Shown here piece by piece: positions 32,229-42,851 of a stretch of 64,000 nt of DNA. The notes below the pieces were generated by a model. The model was not told the origin of the DNA, did no database searches, and saw only the letters and a program-made list of their open reading frames with translations. Numbering within the stretch: the first letter of the stretch is position 1; each line of letters starts with the position of its first letter. Source of the stretch: Candidatus Omnitrophota bacterium (GTDB lineage Bacteria > Omnitrophota > Gorgyraeia > Tantalellales > Tantalellaceae); NCBI GenBank assembly GCA_015231405.1, contig JADGBR010000001.1, forward strand, positions 5,859-69,858. Reading direction: 5' to 3'. The position numbers and the translations under genes are program-made.

Positions 32229-32481
32229 GATCAAGGCAAAAACGATGGTCGGTACCGTCACCAGCGATAAGATGGACAAGGCTATAGTCATACAGGTTGA
32301 AGAGCATAAAAGGCATAGCAAATACCAGAAATTTGTAAAAGGATATAAGAAAATTAAGGCCAGGGACGAAAAAGAGGAAGCCGGCATAGGCGATACAGTT
32401 AAGATCGCGGAAACAAGGCCGCTTTCCAGGGAAATATGCTGGAAATTAGTTGAAATAATCGTTAAGGCCGAAAGGGGATAG
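32218..32481 (+). CDS. rpsQ: 30S ribosomal protein S17
   Basis: S17 OB fold; overlaps rpmC 3' end. Confidence 0.9.
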   Translation: MANKIKAKTMVGTVTSDKMDKAIVIQVEEHKRHSKYQKFVKGYKKIKARDEKEEAGIGDTVKIAETRPLSREICWKLVEIIVKAERG

Positions 32482-32486
32482 TCGCC

Positions 32487-32855
32487 ATGTTGATGATGAA
32501 TTCGAAAATGGATGTAGCTGATAACACCGGGGCAAAAAAAGCCTCTATGATAGGCGTTATAAAAAAATCCGGTACGCTGGTAGCCGAGGTAGGCGATGTA
32601 ATAACTTGTAACATCAAGGAAGCGGCGCCCGACGGGGAAGTTAAGAAAGGTGAAGTTGTTCAGGCCGTGATAGTCAGGACCGCGAACCCGATCAGGCGTG
32701 ACGACGGAACAGTGCTTCGTTTTGACAGGAATGCCGTTGTGATCATCGATAAAGACGGCAATCCGAGGGGAAGCAGGGTCTTCGGTCCGGTGGCACGCGA
32801 GCTAAGAAAAAAGAATTTTATGAAGATCATTTCGCTTGCTCCCGAAGTTGTATAA
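32487..32855 (+). CDS. rplN: 50S ribosomal protein L14
   Basis: VADNTGAKK signature. Confidence 0.95.
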   Translation: MLMMNSKMDVADNTGAKKASMIGVIKKSGTLVAEVGDVITCNIKEAAPDGEVKKGEVVQAVIVRTANPIRRDDGTVLRFDRNAVVIIDKDGNPRGSRVFGPVARELRKKNFMKIISLAPEVV

Positions 32856-32890
32856 CAATAGGCTATGAACGGCAGAGCCGGAGGTTTTTA

Positions 32891-33202
32891 ATGCTGAAAA
32901 TAAAGAAGAACGATATAGTTAAGGTGCTAGCGGGGAAAGACAAGGGCAAAAGCGGTAAGGTAATTACCGTGATGCACTCTGAGAGGAGGGCTCTAGTCCA
33001 GGGAGTGAACTTTGCCAAGAAGCACGTGAGAAAAAAACAGAAGGAACAGCAGGGCGGAATAGTTCTTAAAGAAGCGCCTGTAGCGATATCCAACCTCGCA
33101 CTCATTTGCAAAAGGTGCAACAAGGCTACGCGGATCGGCATGGATATTCTGGCTGACGGGAGCAAAGCAAGGTTCTGTAAAAAGTGCCAGGAGGTACTGT
33201 AA
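32891..33202 (+). CDS. rplX: 50S ribosomal protein L24
   Basis: KOW motif KIKKNDIVKVLAGKDKGKSGKV. Confidence 0.93.
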   Translation: MLKIKKNDIVKVLAGKDKGKSGKVITVMHSERRALVQGVNFAKKHVRKKQKEQQGGIVLKEAPVAISNLALICKRCNKATRIGMDILADGSKARFCKKCQEVL

Positions 33203-33745
33203 ATGGCGAGTCTTATAGATGTATATAAAGATGCGGCGGTAAAAAATCTGATGCAGAAGTTCAAATACAAGAACGTTATGCAAGTCCCTCGTATTAAGAA
33301 GATAGTCGTTAACGTCGGTATGGGAGCTATGGCCCATGAAAAGGAGCTTGTCGAACTTGTGAGAGAAGAGTTATCGATAATAACCGGACAGAAGCCGATG
33401 CTGGCGAGATCAAAAAAAGCGATTTCAAATTTCAAGATCCGCGAGGGAGTTCCCGTAGGATATAAGGTAACGCTCAGAGGAAAACGGATGTACGAGTTCC
33501 TCTATAAGCTGATAAACTTCTGCATTCCCAGGATCAGGGACTTCAGGGGAGTTTCAAGGACGGCATTCGACGGTGACGGCAACTACACACTGGGGGTAAA
33601 GGAACAGTCTATATTCCCGGAATTGGACGTCAACAAGGTAGCCAAATCGCATGGTATGGATATTTGTATAGTCACCTCGGCGGGGACAAAGGAAGAGTCA
33701 TTCGCGCTCCTCGAGGAATTGGGAATGCCGTTCTCCAAGAAATGA
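33203..33745 (+). CDS. rplE: 50S ribosomal protein L5
   Basis: Conserved L5. Confidence 0.95.
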   Translation: MASLIDVYKDAAVKNLMQKFKYKNVMQVPRIKKIVVNVGMGAMAHEKELVELVREELSIITGQKPMLARSKKAISNFKIREGVPVGYKVTLRGKRMYEFLYKLINFCIPRIRDFRGVSRTAFDGDGNYTLGVKEQSIFPELDVNKVAKSHGMDICIVTSAGTKEESFALLEELGMPFSKK

Positions 33746-33761
33746 TCGAAAGGGAATAACT

Positions 33762-33947
33762 ATGGCGAAAAAAAGTTTGATAGTGAAATCACAAAGAAAA
33801 CCGAAATTCAGCACAAGGACCATAACCCGGTGCCAGATCTGCGGCAGAAAAAAAGGTTATATGAGGCGTTTTAAATTGTGCCGTATATGTTTTAGGGAAT
33901 TGGCCTCTAAGGGAGTTATTCCCGGGGTGAGGAAAGCGAGCTGGTAA
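33762..33947 (+). CDS. rpsN: 30S ribosomal protein S14 type Z (zinc-binding)
   Basis: 61 aa with CxxC...CxxC (CQICGRK...CRICFRE). Confidence 0.93.
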   Translation: MAKKSLIVKSQRKPKFSTRTITRCQICGRKKGYMRRFKLCRICFRELASKGVIPGVRKASW

Positions 33948-33986
33948 CAAAAGGCCCTCGGGCCGAGAAATTAAAGAGGAGAACAA

Positions 33987-34385
33987 ATGAGCGTTACGGA
34001 TTTTATAGCTGATCAGCTTACTGTAATCAGGAATGGTATAATGTCAGGCAAAAAAACCGTTATTTTGAAGCGGTCGGGCATGCTTGTCGGGATACTGGAT
34101 ATTATCAAAAAGGAAGGGTTCATTGAGGACTATCAGGTGATCGCCGATAAAATGCAGGGGAAGATAAAGGTGTACCTCAAATTTCTTGAGGATGGAACAT
34201 CTGTTCTCGAGGGCCTGGTAAAATCATCGACCCCGGGGCGTCGCAATTATGTCGTTAAGAAAAAGGTCACGAATGTCATGGGAGGTTCGGGGATAGCGAT
34301 CATTTCGACGAGCAAAGGTCTCATGACGGACAAAGAAGCCGTCGCACAGGGTATCGGCGGCGAGATGATCTGTAAAGTCTGGTAA
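33987..34385 (+). CDS. rpsH: 30S ribosomal protein S8
   Basis: Conserved S8. Confidence 0.95.
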   Translation: MSVTDFIADQLTVIRNGIMSGKKTVILKRSGMLVGILDIIKKEGFIEDYQVIADKMQGKIKVYLKFLEDGTSVLEGLVKSSTPGRRNYVVKKKVTNVMGGSGIAIISTSKGLMTDKEAVAQGIGGEMICKVW

Positions 34386-34411
34386 TCTGTAATCACCAAA
34401 AAGAGGGAAAA

Positions 34412-34948
34412 ATGTCAAGAGTAGGGAAAAAAGTCATAGAAGTTCCGGCCGCCGTTAAGGTCGAGATAATAGGAAGGCAGGTCAAGATCGAATCAAAAGG
34501 AAAAAAGATCGAACACCTGATCCCTGAGGGTTTTAAAGCTGAGCTTAAGGATAAAAGCCTTTGCATCATAAGGCCGGCTGATGACCGGGAATCAAGGTCA
34601 CTTCATGGGACCACCAGGAGCCTTTTAAACAACATCTTTATCGGTCTTAAGGACGGGTTCCAGAAAAAACTGGAATTACATGGAGTAGGATACCGTGTCC
34701 AGATGAAGGGGAAGAACCTTTCTCTTGAGATCGGGAAAACTCATCCCGTTATTTACAATACGCCGGAAGGGATAACCATTGAAACACCGACGCAGACCGA
34801 GATAGTAATAAAAGGGATCGATAAACAGCTGGTAGGTCATGTGGCCGCCGAAATAAGGGGTATTTACCCGCCGGAACCATATAAGGGCAAAGGCATTAAA
34901 TATTCGGGCGAAGTCATAAGAAGGAAGCAGGGTAAGAGTATTGCGTAA
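34412..34948 (+). CDS. rplF: 50S ribosomal protein L6
   Basis: Conserved L6. Confidence 0.95.
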   Translation: MSRVGKKVIEVPAAVKVEIIGRQVKIESKGKKIEHLIPEGFKAELKDKSLCIIRPADDRESRSLHGTTRSLLNNIFIGLKDGFQKKLELHGVGYRVQMKGKNLSLEIGKTHPVIYNTPEGITIETPTQTEIVIKGIDKQLVGHVAAEIRGIYPPEPYKGKGIKYSGEVIRRKQGKSIA

Positions 34949-34998
34949 AGATTTTGGCCGACAGGTCTGGAAAAAAATAAGGTAAAAAGGGAATTCAG

Positions 34999-35361
34999 AT
35001 GGACAAATATCAAAGGTTAGCGAGACGTAAAATGACAATCAGGAAAAAGGTGCATGGGACGGTAGAGCGTCCGAGAATGCTTCTTACCAAAAGCCTTAAG
35101 AACATGACAACGCAGATCATAGACGATAACGAAGGGAAGACGATCTTCGGGCTCAGCACACTATCTAAGGATATTTCCTTGAAGCTGAAAAAAGCCAATA
35201 AAAGCAACGTCGCTTCGGCGATGCTTTTGGGAGAAGAGGTGGCGAAAGGCGCGTTGAAAAAAGGGATTAAAAAAGTTGTATTTGACAGGGCCGGAAATAA
35301 ATATCATGGCGTGGTGAAGGCGTTTGCGGATTCAGCCAGGAAAAGCGGTTTGGAATTTTAG
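34999..35361 (+). CDS. rplR: 50S ribosomal protein L18
   Basis: Conserved L18. Confidence 0.93.
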   Translation: MDKYQRLARRKMTIRKKVHGTVERPRMLLTKSLKNMTTQIIDDNEGKTIFGLSTLSKDISLKLKKANKSNVASAMLLGEEVAKGALKKGIKKVVFDRAGNKYHGVVKAFADSARKSGLEF

Positions 35362-35371
35362 GGAGGTAGTA

Positions 35372-35989
35372 ATGGCATTTGGCGATAAAAGAGCGGATAA
35401 ACCCGCCGGGAAACAGAGTAAAGACGAGCCGGCACCCGTCCCCGGGGCGGAGCAACCCAAGACAGAAGAGGTAACTTCAGTAACGCCCGTCGAGGAAGAA
35501 CCAAGACCGATATCTGATATTGTAAGGGGCAAGAAGGAACAGGTAACGGACACGATCGAGCAGGTCGTAAAGATCAAAAGGGTATCTAAGGTCGTAAAAG
35601 GCGGAAAGAATTTTTCTTTTAACGCGCTTGTGATAGCCGGAGACGGAAAGGGAAGAGTAGGTATTGGTTTCGGTAAATCCAATGAAGTGGTGGGCGCCAT
35701 AATGAAGGGGACTAACGACGCTAAGGCAAACTATGTCAAGATACAGACCAAAGGAGATACAATACCCCATGAGATCACGGGTAAATTCAAATCGGCCAGG
35801 GTCATTCTTAAACCTGCCGGCCCTGGAACGGGAGTTATAGCCGGTGGTCCGGTCAGGGCGATGTGCGACGCGGCCGGCATCAAGAACATTCTGTCAAAAA
35901 GTCTTGGCTCCAGGAACGCCTGTAACGTTGTCAAGGCGACCATGGACGGTTTCATGAAACTGAGGCTTCAAAGAAAAGGTTCAGCATAA
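35372..35989 (+). CDS. rpsE: 30S ribosomal protein S5 (with ~50-aa acidic/Pro-rich N-terminal extension)
   Basis: S5 core [14 protein letters not shown]...; GGGAGG RBS before ATG 35372 inside ORF 35324..35989. No rpmD follows. Confidence 0.9.
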   Translation: MAFGDKRADKPAGKQSKDEPAPVPGAEQPKTEEVTSVTPVEEEPRPISDIVRGKKEQVTDTIEQVVKIKRVSKVVKGGKNFSFNALVIAGDGKGRVGIGFGKSNEVVGAIMKGTNDAKANYVKIQTKGDTIPHEITGKFKSARVILKPAGPGTGVIAGGPVRAMCDAAGIKNILSKSLGSRNACNVVKATMDGFMKLRLQRKGSA

Positions 35990-36001
35990 AGAGGTATAGA
36001 C

Positions 36002-36475
36002 ATGACGCTCAAGTTAGAAAATATCGGAAGGCCTAGTGGATACAAAAAACCCGGTAAGCGAAAAGGCAGGGGGACGGGTTCGGGAAAGGGCAAAACTGCA
36101 GGCAAAGGGCATAAAGGTGCTTTAGCAAGGTCAGGCGGAGGCACATATAACCCCGGATTCGAAGGCGGACAGATGCCCCTCATCAGAAGGATCCCGAAAA
36201 GAGGTTTTACGAACATATTCAAGACCAAATGGAACCTTATAAATTTGGGCGTTCTTGAATCTTCTCCGCTCGTGGAAAGCGGGGCTGTTATTGATAAAGG
36301 TTTTCTTTTAAGGAACAGGATGCTTAAAAAGAAAGAGCTTCCGTTAAAAGTTCTCGCAAAAGGAAAATTGTCAAAAACGCTTATTGTTAAAGCCGATAAA
36401 TTCGCCGTTTCAGCGAGGGAAGCGATAGAGGCGGCAGGCGGTAAAGCGGAGATAGTTGCCGGCGTAAAACTTTAA
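36002..36475 (+). CDS. rplO: 50S ribosomal protein L15
   Basis: G/K-rich L15 N-terminus; order before secY. Confidence 0.93.
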   Translation: MTLKLENIGRPSGYKKPGKRKGRGTGSGKGKTAGKGHKGALARSGGGTYNPGFEGGQMPLIRRIPKRGFTNIFKTKWNLINLGVLESSPLVESGAVIDKGFLLRNRMLKKKELPLKVLAKGKLSKTLIVKADKFAVSAREAIEAAGGKAEIVAGVKL

Positions 36476-36487
36476 AAGGAGTTTTAA

Positions 36488-37837
36488 GTGCTCGAATCAT
36501 ACGTCAATATTTTCAAGATCCCTGATCTCAGGAAAAAAGTCCTATTCACCCTTGGGATTATACTTGTATACAGGGTAGGATCCTTTATTCCCACTCCGGG
36601 CATAGACGGAGCGAAACTGGCCATGTTCTTTGATAACATGGCGAAAACACAGGGAGGGACCCTCTTCAGCATAATGAATATGTTCTCCGGCGGAGCCATG
36701 GAGAGGCTTACAATATTCGCGTTGGGGATCATGCCGTACATTTCTTCGTCTATCATAATGCAACTTTTAACGACAGTTATCCCGGCGCTCGAGAGGTTGG
36801 CTAAGCAGGGTGATGAAGGTCGAAAGCAGATAACTCAGTTGACCCGTTACGGGACGATCGTGCTGGCTATCATACAATCGTATTTTATCGCATTGTGGCT
36901 GGAGAATCCGGCTCGATTCCAGGGCATGGAAATAGTGCCAAGCCCCGGAGCGGGGTTCAGGGTGCTGACGGTACTCACACTTACGACCGGAACAGCTTTC
37001 ATTATGTGGCTCGGTGAGCAGATCCAGGAAAAAGGGATCGGGAACGGTATGTCCATTATAATCACCGCGGGTATCGTATCCAGAATGCCCTCAGCAATTT
37101 TCCAGATGGCCAGCCTCATCGCTCCGGGTACATCGGGTGAATCCCAGATATCGCCGTTTAAGGCAGTTTTTCTTGTTTTTATGTTCGTCGCGGTAGTTCT
37201 TGCCGTTATCCTAATATCCCAGGGACAAAGGAAGATCCCGGTACAGTATGCCAAGAGGGTGGTGGGGAGGAAGATATACGGAGGTCAAAGCACCTTCATT
37301 CCTTTGAGGGTTAACCAGGGCGGTGTTATCCCAATTATTTTCGCTCAGTCGATACTGATGTTCCCGGCGACGATAGCCGGGATAGTCCCGAATAAAGCAG
37401 TTCTCGGGATAGGTAACGCGCTCATGATGGGCCAACCCTTGCATTATTTCCTTTATACCCTTTTAATCCTTTTCTTCTGCTATTTTTATGCTGCCATAAC
37501 ATTTAATCCGATCGATATGGCGAACAATATGAAAAGATTCGGTGGGTTCGTTCCGGGAATAAGGCCGGGCAAACAGACGGCGGAATATTTTGATTTCATA
37601 ATGACAAGGATAACACTGCCGGGCGCGGTTTTTCTGGCGATAATAGCGATATTGCCCGAAATTATTAATACCAAGATCGGAATACCATACCTGGTAGCCA
37701 GCTTTTTCGGAGGTACGGGATTGTTGATCATTGTCGGTGTAATGCTCGATACTATGCGCCAGATAGAGTCGCATTTATTGATGCGTCATTATGAGGGTTT
37801 TATGAAAAAGGGCAGGATCAGGGGGCGTCTCACGTGA
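36488..37837 (+). CDS. secY: preprotein translocase subunit SecY
   Basis: 10-TM SecY; 449 aa; order. Confidence 0.96.
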   Translation: MLESYVNIFKIPDLRKKVLFTLGIILVYRVGSFIPTPGIDGAKLAMFFDNMAKTQGGTLFSIMNMFSGGAMERLTIFALGIMPYISSSIIMQLLTTVIPALERLAKQGDEGRKQITQLTRYGTIVLAIIQSYFIALWLENPARFQGMEIVPSPGAGFRVLTVLTLTTGTAFIMWLGEQIQEKGIGNGMSIIITAGIVSRMPSAIFQMASLIAPGTSGESQISPFKAVFLVFMFVAVVLAVILISQGQRKIPVQYAKRVVGRKIYGGQSTFIPLRVNQGGVIPIIFAQSILMFPATIAGIVPNKAVLGIGNALMMGQPLHYFLYTLLILFFCYFYAAITFNPIDMANNMKRFGGFVPGIRPGKQTAEYFDFIMTRITLPGAVFLAIIAILPEIINTKIGIPYLVASFFGGTGLLIIVGVMLDTMRQIESHLLMRHYEGFMKKGRIRGRLT

Positions 37838-38508
37838 CAGTCACTAAACAGCTCAACATGATATTACTGGGAGCGCCTGGAGCCGGTAAAGGCACACAGG
37901 CGGAGATACTTGTAAAAAATTACGGACTTCTACATATCTCCACGGGGAATATGCTGAGGGAAGCGGTAAAGGAAGGAAGCCCGATAGGGAAGCAGCTTTC
38001 CGAATTTATGTCGAAAGGAGCGCTCGTTCCCGATGAGATCGTTACTAAGGTTGTTATAGACCGGATGGCTAAGCCTGACGCGCAAAAAGGGGTGATACTC
38101 GATGGGTATCCCAGAACCAAGGTTCAGGCAAAGTCCCTGGACGAATCACTCAATGCTTCGAAGAAAAATCTTCAGGCAGTTCTTTACCTGAAAGTATCGG
38201 AAGCTGTTGTTATCGAAAGGTTATGCGGACGAAGAGGGTGTAAAGATTGCGGTAAGATATTTCATGTGAAAAATATGCCTCCCAAGAAAGAAGGGATCTG
38301 TGATGTTTGCGGCGGAGCACTTTTTCAGCGGGAAGATGATAAGCCCGAGACAATAAAGACCCGTCTCAAAGTTTATGAGGAAAGCACGAAGGACCTTATT
38401 GAGTATTATAAAGCGAAGGGACTTTTAAGGGAAATGGACGCCGGTAGCGACCCCGACGCCTTGTTCAAGGAAATTAACGTTCTTTTTCAGAAAGAGGGTC
38501 TCTTATAA
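37834..38508 (+). CDS. adk: adenylate kinase (zinc-lid type)
   Basis: GAPGAGKGTQ P-loop; lid CGRRGCKDCG...CDVCGG. Confidence 0.95.
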   Translation: MTVTKQLNMILLGAPGAGKGTQAEILVKNYGLLHISTGNMLREAVKEGSPIGKQLSEFMSKGALVPDEIVTKVVIDRMAKPDAQKGVILDGYPRTKVQAKSLDESLNASKKNLQAVLYLKVSEAVVIERLCGRRGCKDCGKIFHVKNMPPKKEGICDVCGGALFQREDDKPETIKTRLKVYEESTKDLIEYYKAKGLLREMDAGSDPDALFKEINVLFQKEGLL

Positions 38509-39252
38509 ATGACCTTTGTGATCCGGGAACCTGAACTTAGCCAGATAAGGGATTCTGGAAAAGTTCTAAAGAAAGTTTTTGAGTGGGTCGGGAAGAATAT
38601 CCTGGAAGGCGTTTCTACTCTCGAGTTGGACGCCAGGATAGAGAAGATCATACTCGAAAACCAGGCGAAGCCGGCCTTTAAGGGGTATAAAGGTTATCCG
38701 GCTTCCATCTGCGCGTCCGTTAACTCAGTTGTTGTTCACGGGATACCTAGCAAAAAAGAGGTATTGAGGAACGGTGATATCGTGAGCATTGACGTTGGCG
38801 TTTATAAGAACGGTTTTTTTACGGATGCGGCAAGGACATATCCGGTCGGTAGGATATCCTCCGAGGCGGAAGATCTGATAGAGGCGGCTAGAGTTAGCCT
38901 TAAAGAAGGATCTGAAAAGGCTGTAGCCGGAAATAGGTTGGGGGATATATCGAACGCGGTTCAAACGGTCATAAAAAAATACGGCTATAAAGAAGTAAGG
39001 TCGTTCGTAGGTCACGGGATAGGCAAGGAGTTGCACGAGGAACCTGAAGTTCCGAACTGGGGGGAAAAAGGGAAAGGAATACTCCTGGAAGAGGGGCTGG
39101 TCATAGCGATAGAGCCTATGGTTAATATGGGAACGCGTGAGGTTGAAATACTTAGCGATGGTTGGACAGTCGCGACAAAAGACCGAAAAATATCCGCTCA
39201 TTTCGAGAATACGGTAATAGTGGGACGATCAAAAGCGGAGGAGATAACTTGA
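38509..39252 (+). CDS. map: type I methionine aminopeptidase
   Basis: Conserved metal-ligand residues and pita-bread fold signature; order. Confidence 0.93.
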   Translation: MTFVIREPELSQIRDSGKVLKKVFEWVGKNILEGVSTLELDARIEKIILENQAKPAFKGYKGYPASICASVNSVVVHGIPSKKEVLRNGDIVSIDVGVYKNGFFTDAARTYPVGRISSEAEDLIEAARVSLKEGSEKAVAGNRLGDISNAVQTVIKKYGYKEVRSFVGHGIGKELHEEPEVPNWGEKGKGILLEEGLVIAIEPMVNMGTREVEILSDGWTVATKDRKISAHFENTVIVGRSKAEEIT

Positions 39253-39470
39253 GCCCGAAAGAAGAAGCGATAGTAGTAGAAGGAGAGGTGACCGAGGTTC
39301 TGCCCAATGCCATGTTTAGGGTTAAGTTGACGAACGGGCACGGGGTTTTGGCGCATGTTTCCGGAAAAATGAGGATGTATTTCATCAGGATAATACCGGG
39401 CGATAAAGTCACAGTGGAATTGTCGCCATATGACCTAACCAGAGGAAGAATAGTCAGGAGAGATAAATGA
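39249..39470 (+). CDS. infA: translation initiation factor IF-1 (TTG start overlapping map stop)
   Basis: [21 protein letters not shown]...[19 protein letters not shown] matches IF-1; first in-frame start is TTG 39249. Confidence 0.85.
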   Translation: MSPKEEAIVVEGEVTEVLPNAMFRVKLTNGHGVLAHVSGKMRMYFIRIIPGDKVTVELSPYDLTRGRIVRRDK

Positions 39471-39580
39471 AAGTCCGATCAAGCGTAAGGAAAATTTGCC
39501 CTAAATGCAAGATAGTCAAAAGGGATAATGTCGTAAGGGTTATCTGCAGCGAGCCAAAGCACAAGCAGAGACAGGGATAA
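39467..39580 (+). CDS. rpmJ: 50S ribosomal protein L36
   Basis: Unlisted 37-aa [40 protein letters not shown]; ATGA overlap with infA stop. Confidence 0.88.
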   Translation: MKVRSSVRKICPKCKIVKRDNVVRVICSEPKHKQRQG

Positions 39581-39611
39581 TTATCGCACTGAAGCGATCA
39601 AAGGAGCCGAG

Positions 39612-40013
39612 ATGCCAAGGATAGTCGGAGTTGATATTCCACAGGAAAAAAGGTTGGAAATAGCCCTACAGTATATTTTCGGGATAGGGAAGACAATATC
39701 CCACAGGATACTCCAGGAAACAGGGGTATCTCCCGATAAAAAAGCCAAGGATCTTACAGATGCCGAGATAACTTCCATTACAAAGGTCATCCAGGAAAGG
39801 TTCCCTGTTGAGGGAGATCTCAGAAGGATAGTTACGGGCAACATTAAAAGGCTGATGTCGATCGGTACATTCCGGGGATCCAGGCATAAGAAGAACCTCC
39901 CTGTGAGAGGCCAGAGGACGAAGACCAACGCGAGGACCAGGAAAGGTCCCAGAAGGACTATAGGGGCTTTTAAGGACAAGGCCGTTAAGAAAGCCGCATC
40001 TCCGGCCGCGTAA
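39612..40013 (+). CDS. rpsM: 30S ribosomal protein S13
   Basis: Conserved S13. Confidence 0.95.
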   Translation: MPRIVGVDIPQEKRLEIALQYIFGIGKTISHRILQETGVSPDKKAKDLTDAEITSITKVIQERFPVEGDLRRIVTGNIKRLMSIGTFRGSRHKKNLPVRGQRTKTNARTRKGPRRTIGAFKDKAVKKAASPAA

Positions 40014-40064
40014 TTTATTTGCGCTATTCGTACGGCTAAGATAAAACCAATAGAGGAGTGAAAA

Positions 40065-40454
40065 GTGACAGTAAAAAAGAAAGTAAAGAAAAAGAGGGTG
40101 CAGCAAAGGATCACCAGCGGTATAATTAACGTCCACTCAACCTTCAACAACACTATTGTGACTGTTGCCGATAACAACGGGAAGGTAATTTGCTGGGCAT
40201 CCGCGGGTACTTCAGGCTTTAAAGGGTCCAGGAAATCGACACCCTTCGCGGCAAGTATAGCCGCGAAAGAGGCGGCTAAAAAAGCCAAAGCTATAGGCAT
40301 TCAGGACGTTAAGATACTGCTTAAAGGTCCCGGATCGGGAAAAGAGAGCGCCGTAAGAAGCCTCCGGACCGAAGGCCTTCAGGTAAAAAGTATAATCGAT
40401 ATAACGCCGACGCCGCATAACGGGTGCAGGCCTAGAAAGAGGAGAAGAGTATAA
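40065..40454 (+). CDS. rpsK: 30S ribosomal protein S11
   Basis: Conserved S11. Confidence 0.95.
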   Translation: MTVKKKVKKKRVQQRITSGIINVHSTFNNTIVTVADNNGKVICWASAGTSGFKGSRKSTPFAASIAAKEAAKKAKAIGIQDVKILLKGPGSGKESAVRSLRTEGLQVKSIIDITPTPHNGCRPRKRRRV

Positions 40455-41086
40455 TGGGCAGGAATATTGGTTCATCATGCAGACTGTGCCGTCGGGAAGG
40501 GGAAAAGCTTTTTCTTAAGGGGCGCAGGTGTTCAACGGAAAAATGCGGTATAGCGAAAAGGGAATTTTCGCCCGGGCAGCACGGACTGGCCGGACAGCGT
40601 AAAAAGAACTCTAACTACGCCACTCAGCTGAGGATGAAGCAGAAGGTGAAGAGAATATACGGTGTCCTGGAAAAACAGTTCCGGAATTATTTCGATATGG
40701 CCGACCGTTCAAAAGGCGTCACCGGCGAGGTCCTCCTGCAACTCCTGGAACGGCGTCTTGATAATGTCGTTTACAGGTCCGGTTTTTCCGAATCCAGGAA
40801 TCGAGCCAGGCAGGTAGTAAGGCACAGGTTCGTTAGGGTCAACGGACGTAAAGTCGATATACCTTCTTATCATGTCGAAGCCGGGGATATCATTGAGATC
40901 ACCGGGGACGATACCCAGAGGAAGGAATTCAGGGAAGTATCTAAACTGTTCGAGGACAGAGCTATTCCGGAGTGGATGGAAGTCGCGGCGGAGAACCTGA
41001 CGATCAAAGTCGTAAAATTGCCTGCGAGAGCGGATATAGGAATGAACATCCAGGAAAGCCTTATAGTTGAATTGTATTCAAAATAG
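40454..41086 (+). CDS. rpsD: 30S ribosomal protein S4
   Basis: Conserved S4 with N-terminal zinc-ribbon-like CRLCRREG...C. Confidence 0.95.
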   Translation: MGRNIGSSCRLCRREGEKLFLKGRRCSTEKCGIAKREFSPGQHGLAGQRKKNSNYATQLRMKQKVKRIYGVLEKQFRNYFDMADRSKGVTGEVLLQLLERRLDNVVYRSGFSESRNRARQVVRHRFVRVNGRKVDIPSYHVEAGDIIEITGDDTQRKEFREVSKLFEDRAIPEWMEVAAENLTIKVVKLPARADIGMNIQESLIVELYSK

Positions 41087-41138
41087 TCCAGAATCCGGGG
41101 CATAATTAACGTTCTCGATTAATGGGAGGGTTTGAAAA

Positions 41139-42116
41139 ATGGGGATGAAATTGAGGAATTTTGAGCTGCCGAAAAGGATCGTATTTGATGAAGAAACTTA
41201 CACCCCGAATTACGGCCGAATAGTGGCTGAACCTTTTGAGAAGGGATACGGTATAACCATAGGCAATTCGCTGAGGAGAATACTTCTGTCCTCAATAGAA
41301 GGTACGGCCGTTACCGCCGTAAAGTTCGATAAGGCGCTCCATGAGTTTACGGCTATACCCGGAGTTCTGGAAGATATACCGGAAATAGTCCTTAATATCA
41401 AAGGGTTGGTATTCAGGTCTCATTTTAAGATCCCGAAGACGCTTTACATATCGGCGAAGAAAAAAGGTGTAGTTAAAGCCGGAGACATAAAGGCTGACGA
41501 GACGGTAGAAATAATAAACAAGGATCATCACATCGCCACTTTGACAGATGACGTAGATCTTGACATAGAGCTTACTGTGGAAAGGGGCCGCGGCTATCTT
41601 CCCGCTGAAATGGGAAAGAAAGCGGATGAAGCGATAGGGATTATCCCGGTGGACGCCATGTTCTCTCCCGTAAAAAGGGTGAATTTGAACGTTATGGAGA
41701 CCAGGGTAGGGCATATAACAGATTATGACAAACTTGAGCTTGAGCTGTTCACGAATGGGAGCATGGAACCGAAGGAAGTCCTTCTTTACGCGGCCAACAT
41801 TCTTCAACGCCACCTTGACATATTCCTGACGGTCGGGACACTGCCGGAAGAGTTCGAAGAGGAGGAAGAGGTCGAAAAGGACAAAGAAGAGATGAGGAAC
41901 AAGCTTAAGAAACCGATATCTGAGCTTGAACTTTCCGTTAGAAGTTCGAATTGTCTGGCGGAGGCTAACATACGCACTATTGGGGATCTTGTCCGCAAAA
42001 AAGAAACGGAAATGCTGAAATATAAGAATTTCGGAAAAAAATCCCTTACGGAGATAAATAATATACTGCAGTCGATGGGGCTCCACCTTGGGATGGAGAT
42101 GGATGAGGAATCGTAG
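41139..42116 (+). CDS. rpoA: DNA-directed RNA polymerase subunit alpha
   Basis: NTD dimerisation and CTD motifs; order. Confidence 0.96.
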   Translation: MGMKLRNFELPKRIVFDEETYTPNYGRIVAEPFEKGYGITIGNSLRRILLSSIEGTAVTAVKFDKALHEFTAIPGVLEDIPEIVLNIKGLVFRSHFKIPKTLYISAKKKGVVKAGDIKADETVEIINKDHHIATLTDDVDLDIELTVERGRGYLPAEMGKKADEAIGIIPVDAMFSPVKRVNLNVMETRVGHITDYDKLELELFTNGSMEPKEVLLYAANILQRHLDIFLTVGTLPEEFEEEEEVEKDKEEMRNKLKKPISELELSVRSSNCLAEANIRTIGDLVRKKETEMLKYKNFGKKSLTEINNILQSMGLHLGMEMDEES

Positions 42117-42152
42117 GTCATACACGGGCATACACGGGAGAAATGAGAGATT

Positions 42153-42827
42153 ATGAGACATTTAAATCAAACCGGGAAATTATCCAGAAGGCAGAGCCAC
42201 AGGAAAGCGCTCATGAAGAATATGGCGGTCGCGCTCCTAAGGTATCAGAGGATCAAGACCACTTATCAGAAAGCTGAAGCACTGCAGTCGTACATCGAAC
42301 CGTTGATAACATTGGCTAAGAACAATCTTTCCTCCGTAGCGGCTAGGAGGCAGATATTCAGGAGACTTTGCGATAAGGACATCGTTAAATTGCTTTTTGA
42401 CGAATTAGCCCCGCTTTTTAAAGATGTCCCGGGCGGTTACACGCGCAAACTGAATATTGCCCGCAGGACCGGAGACGGTGCGGAGATGGTACTTCTTGAA
42501 CTTACAAAAAGGACTATTTCAGACAACGATATTATAGGTGAACCTAAGGCGCCAAAAGAGGAAAAAGCGAAGAAGAAGAAAGCCAAGGGGGAGGTTCCGA
42601 AAGAGAAGGAACAAAAGAAAAAGCCCGGGAAAACCCAGGACAAAGAAGCATCCTCGGAAACAAAAGCGTCAGATAAACATGCCGGCGTGCACGATGTCGT
42701 TGAAGAAAAGAAAGAAGAACATTTCGCCGAAGATGTCAAAAAAGACAAGGCTAAGAAAGAACAGTCCAAGGTAATTAAAAAAGGCCGTGATATTTTTAGG
42801 CGATTCAGAAGAAAGACGATAGATTAA
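42153..42827 (+). CDS. rplQ: 50S ribosomal protein L17 with ~100-aa lysine/glutamate-rich C-terminal extension
   Basis: L17 core to about residue 120, then KAPKEEKAKKKKAKGEVPKEKEQKKK... tail. Confidence 0.9.
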   Translation: MRHLNQTGKLSRRQSHRKALMKNMAVALLRYQRIKTTYQKAEALQSYIEPLITLAKNNLSSVAARRQIFRRLCDKDIVKLLFDELAPLFKDVPGGYTRKLNIARRTGDGAEMVLLELTKRTISDNDIIGEPKAPKEEKAKKKKAKGEVPKEKEQKKKPGKTQDKEASSETKASDKHAGVHDVVEEKKEEHFAEDVKKDKAKKEQSKVIKKGRDIFRRFRRKTID

Positions 42828-42851
42828 TTTCTCTCAAATCGAGTTATTGAA

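Noticed and set aside
42121-42140. CATACACGGG direct repeat (x2) between rpoA and rplQ
   Set aside because: Only two 10-nt copies; too short to interpret.
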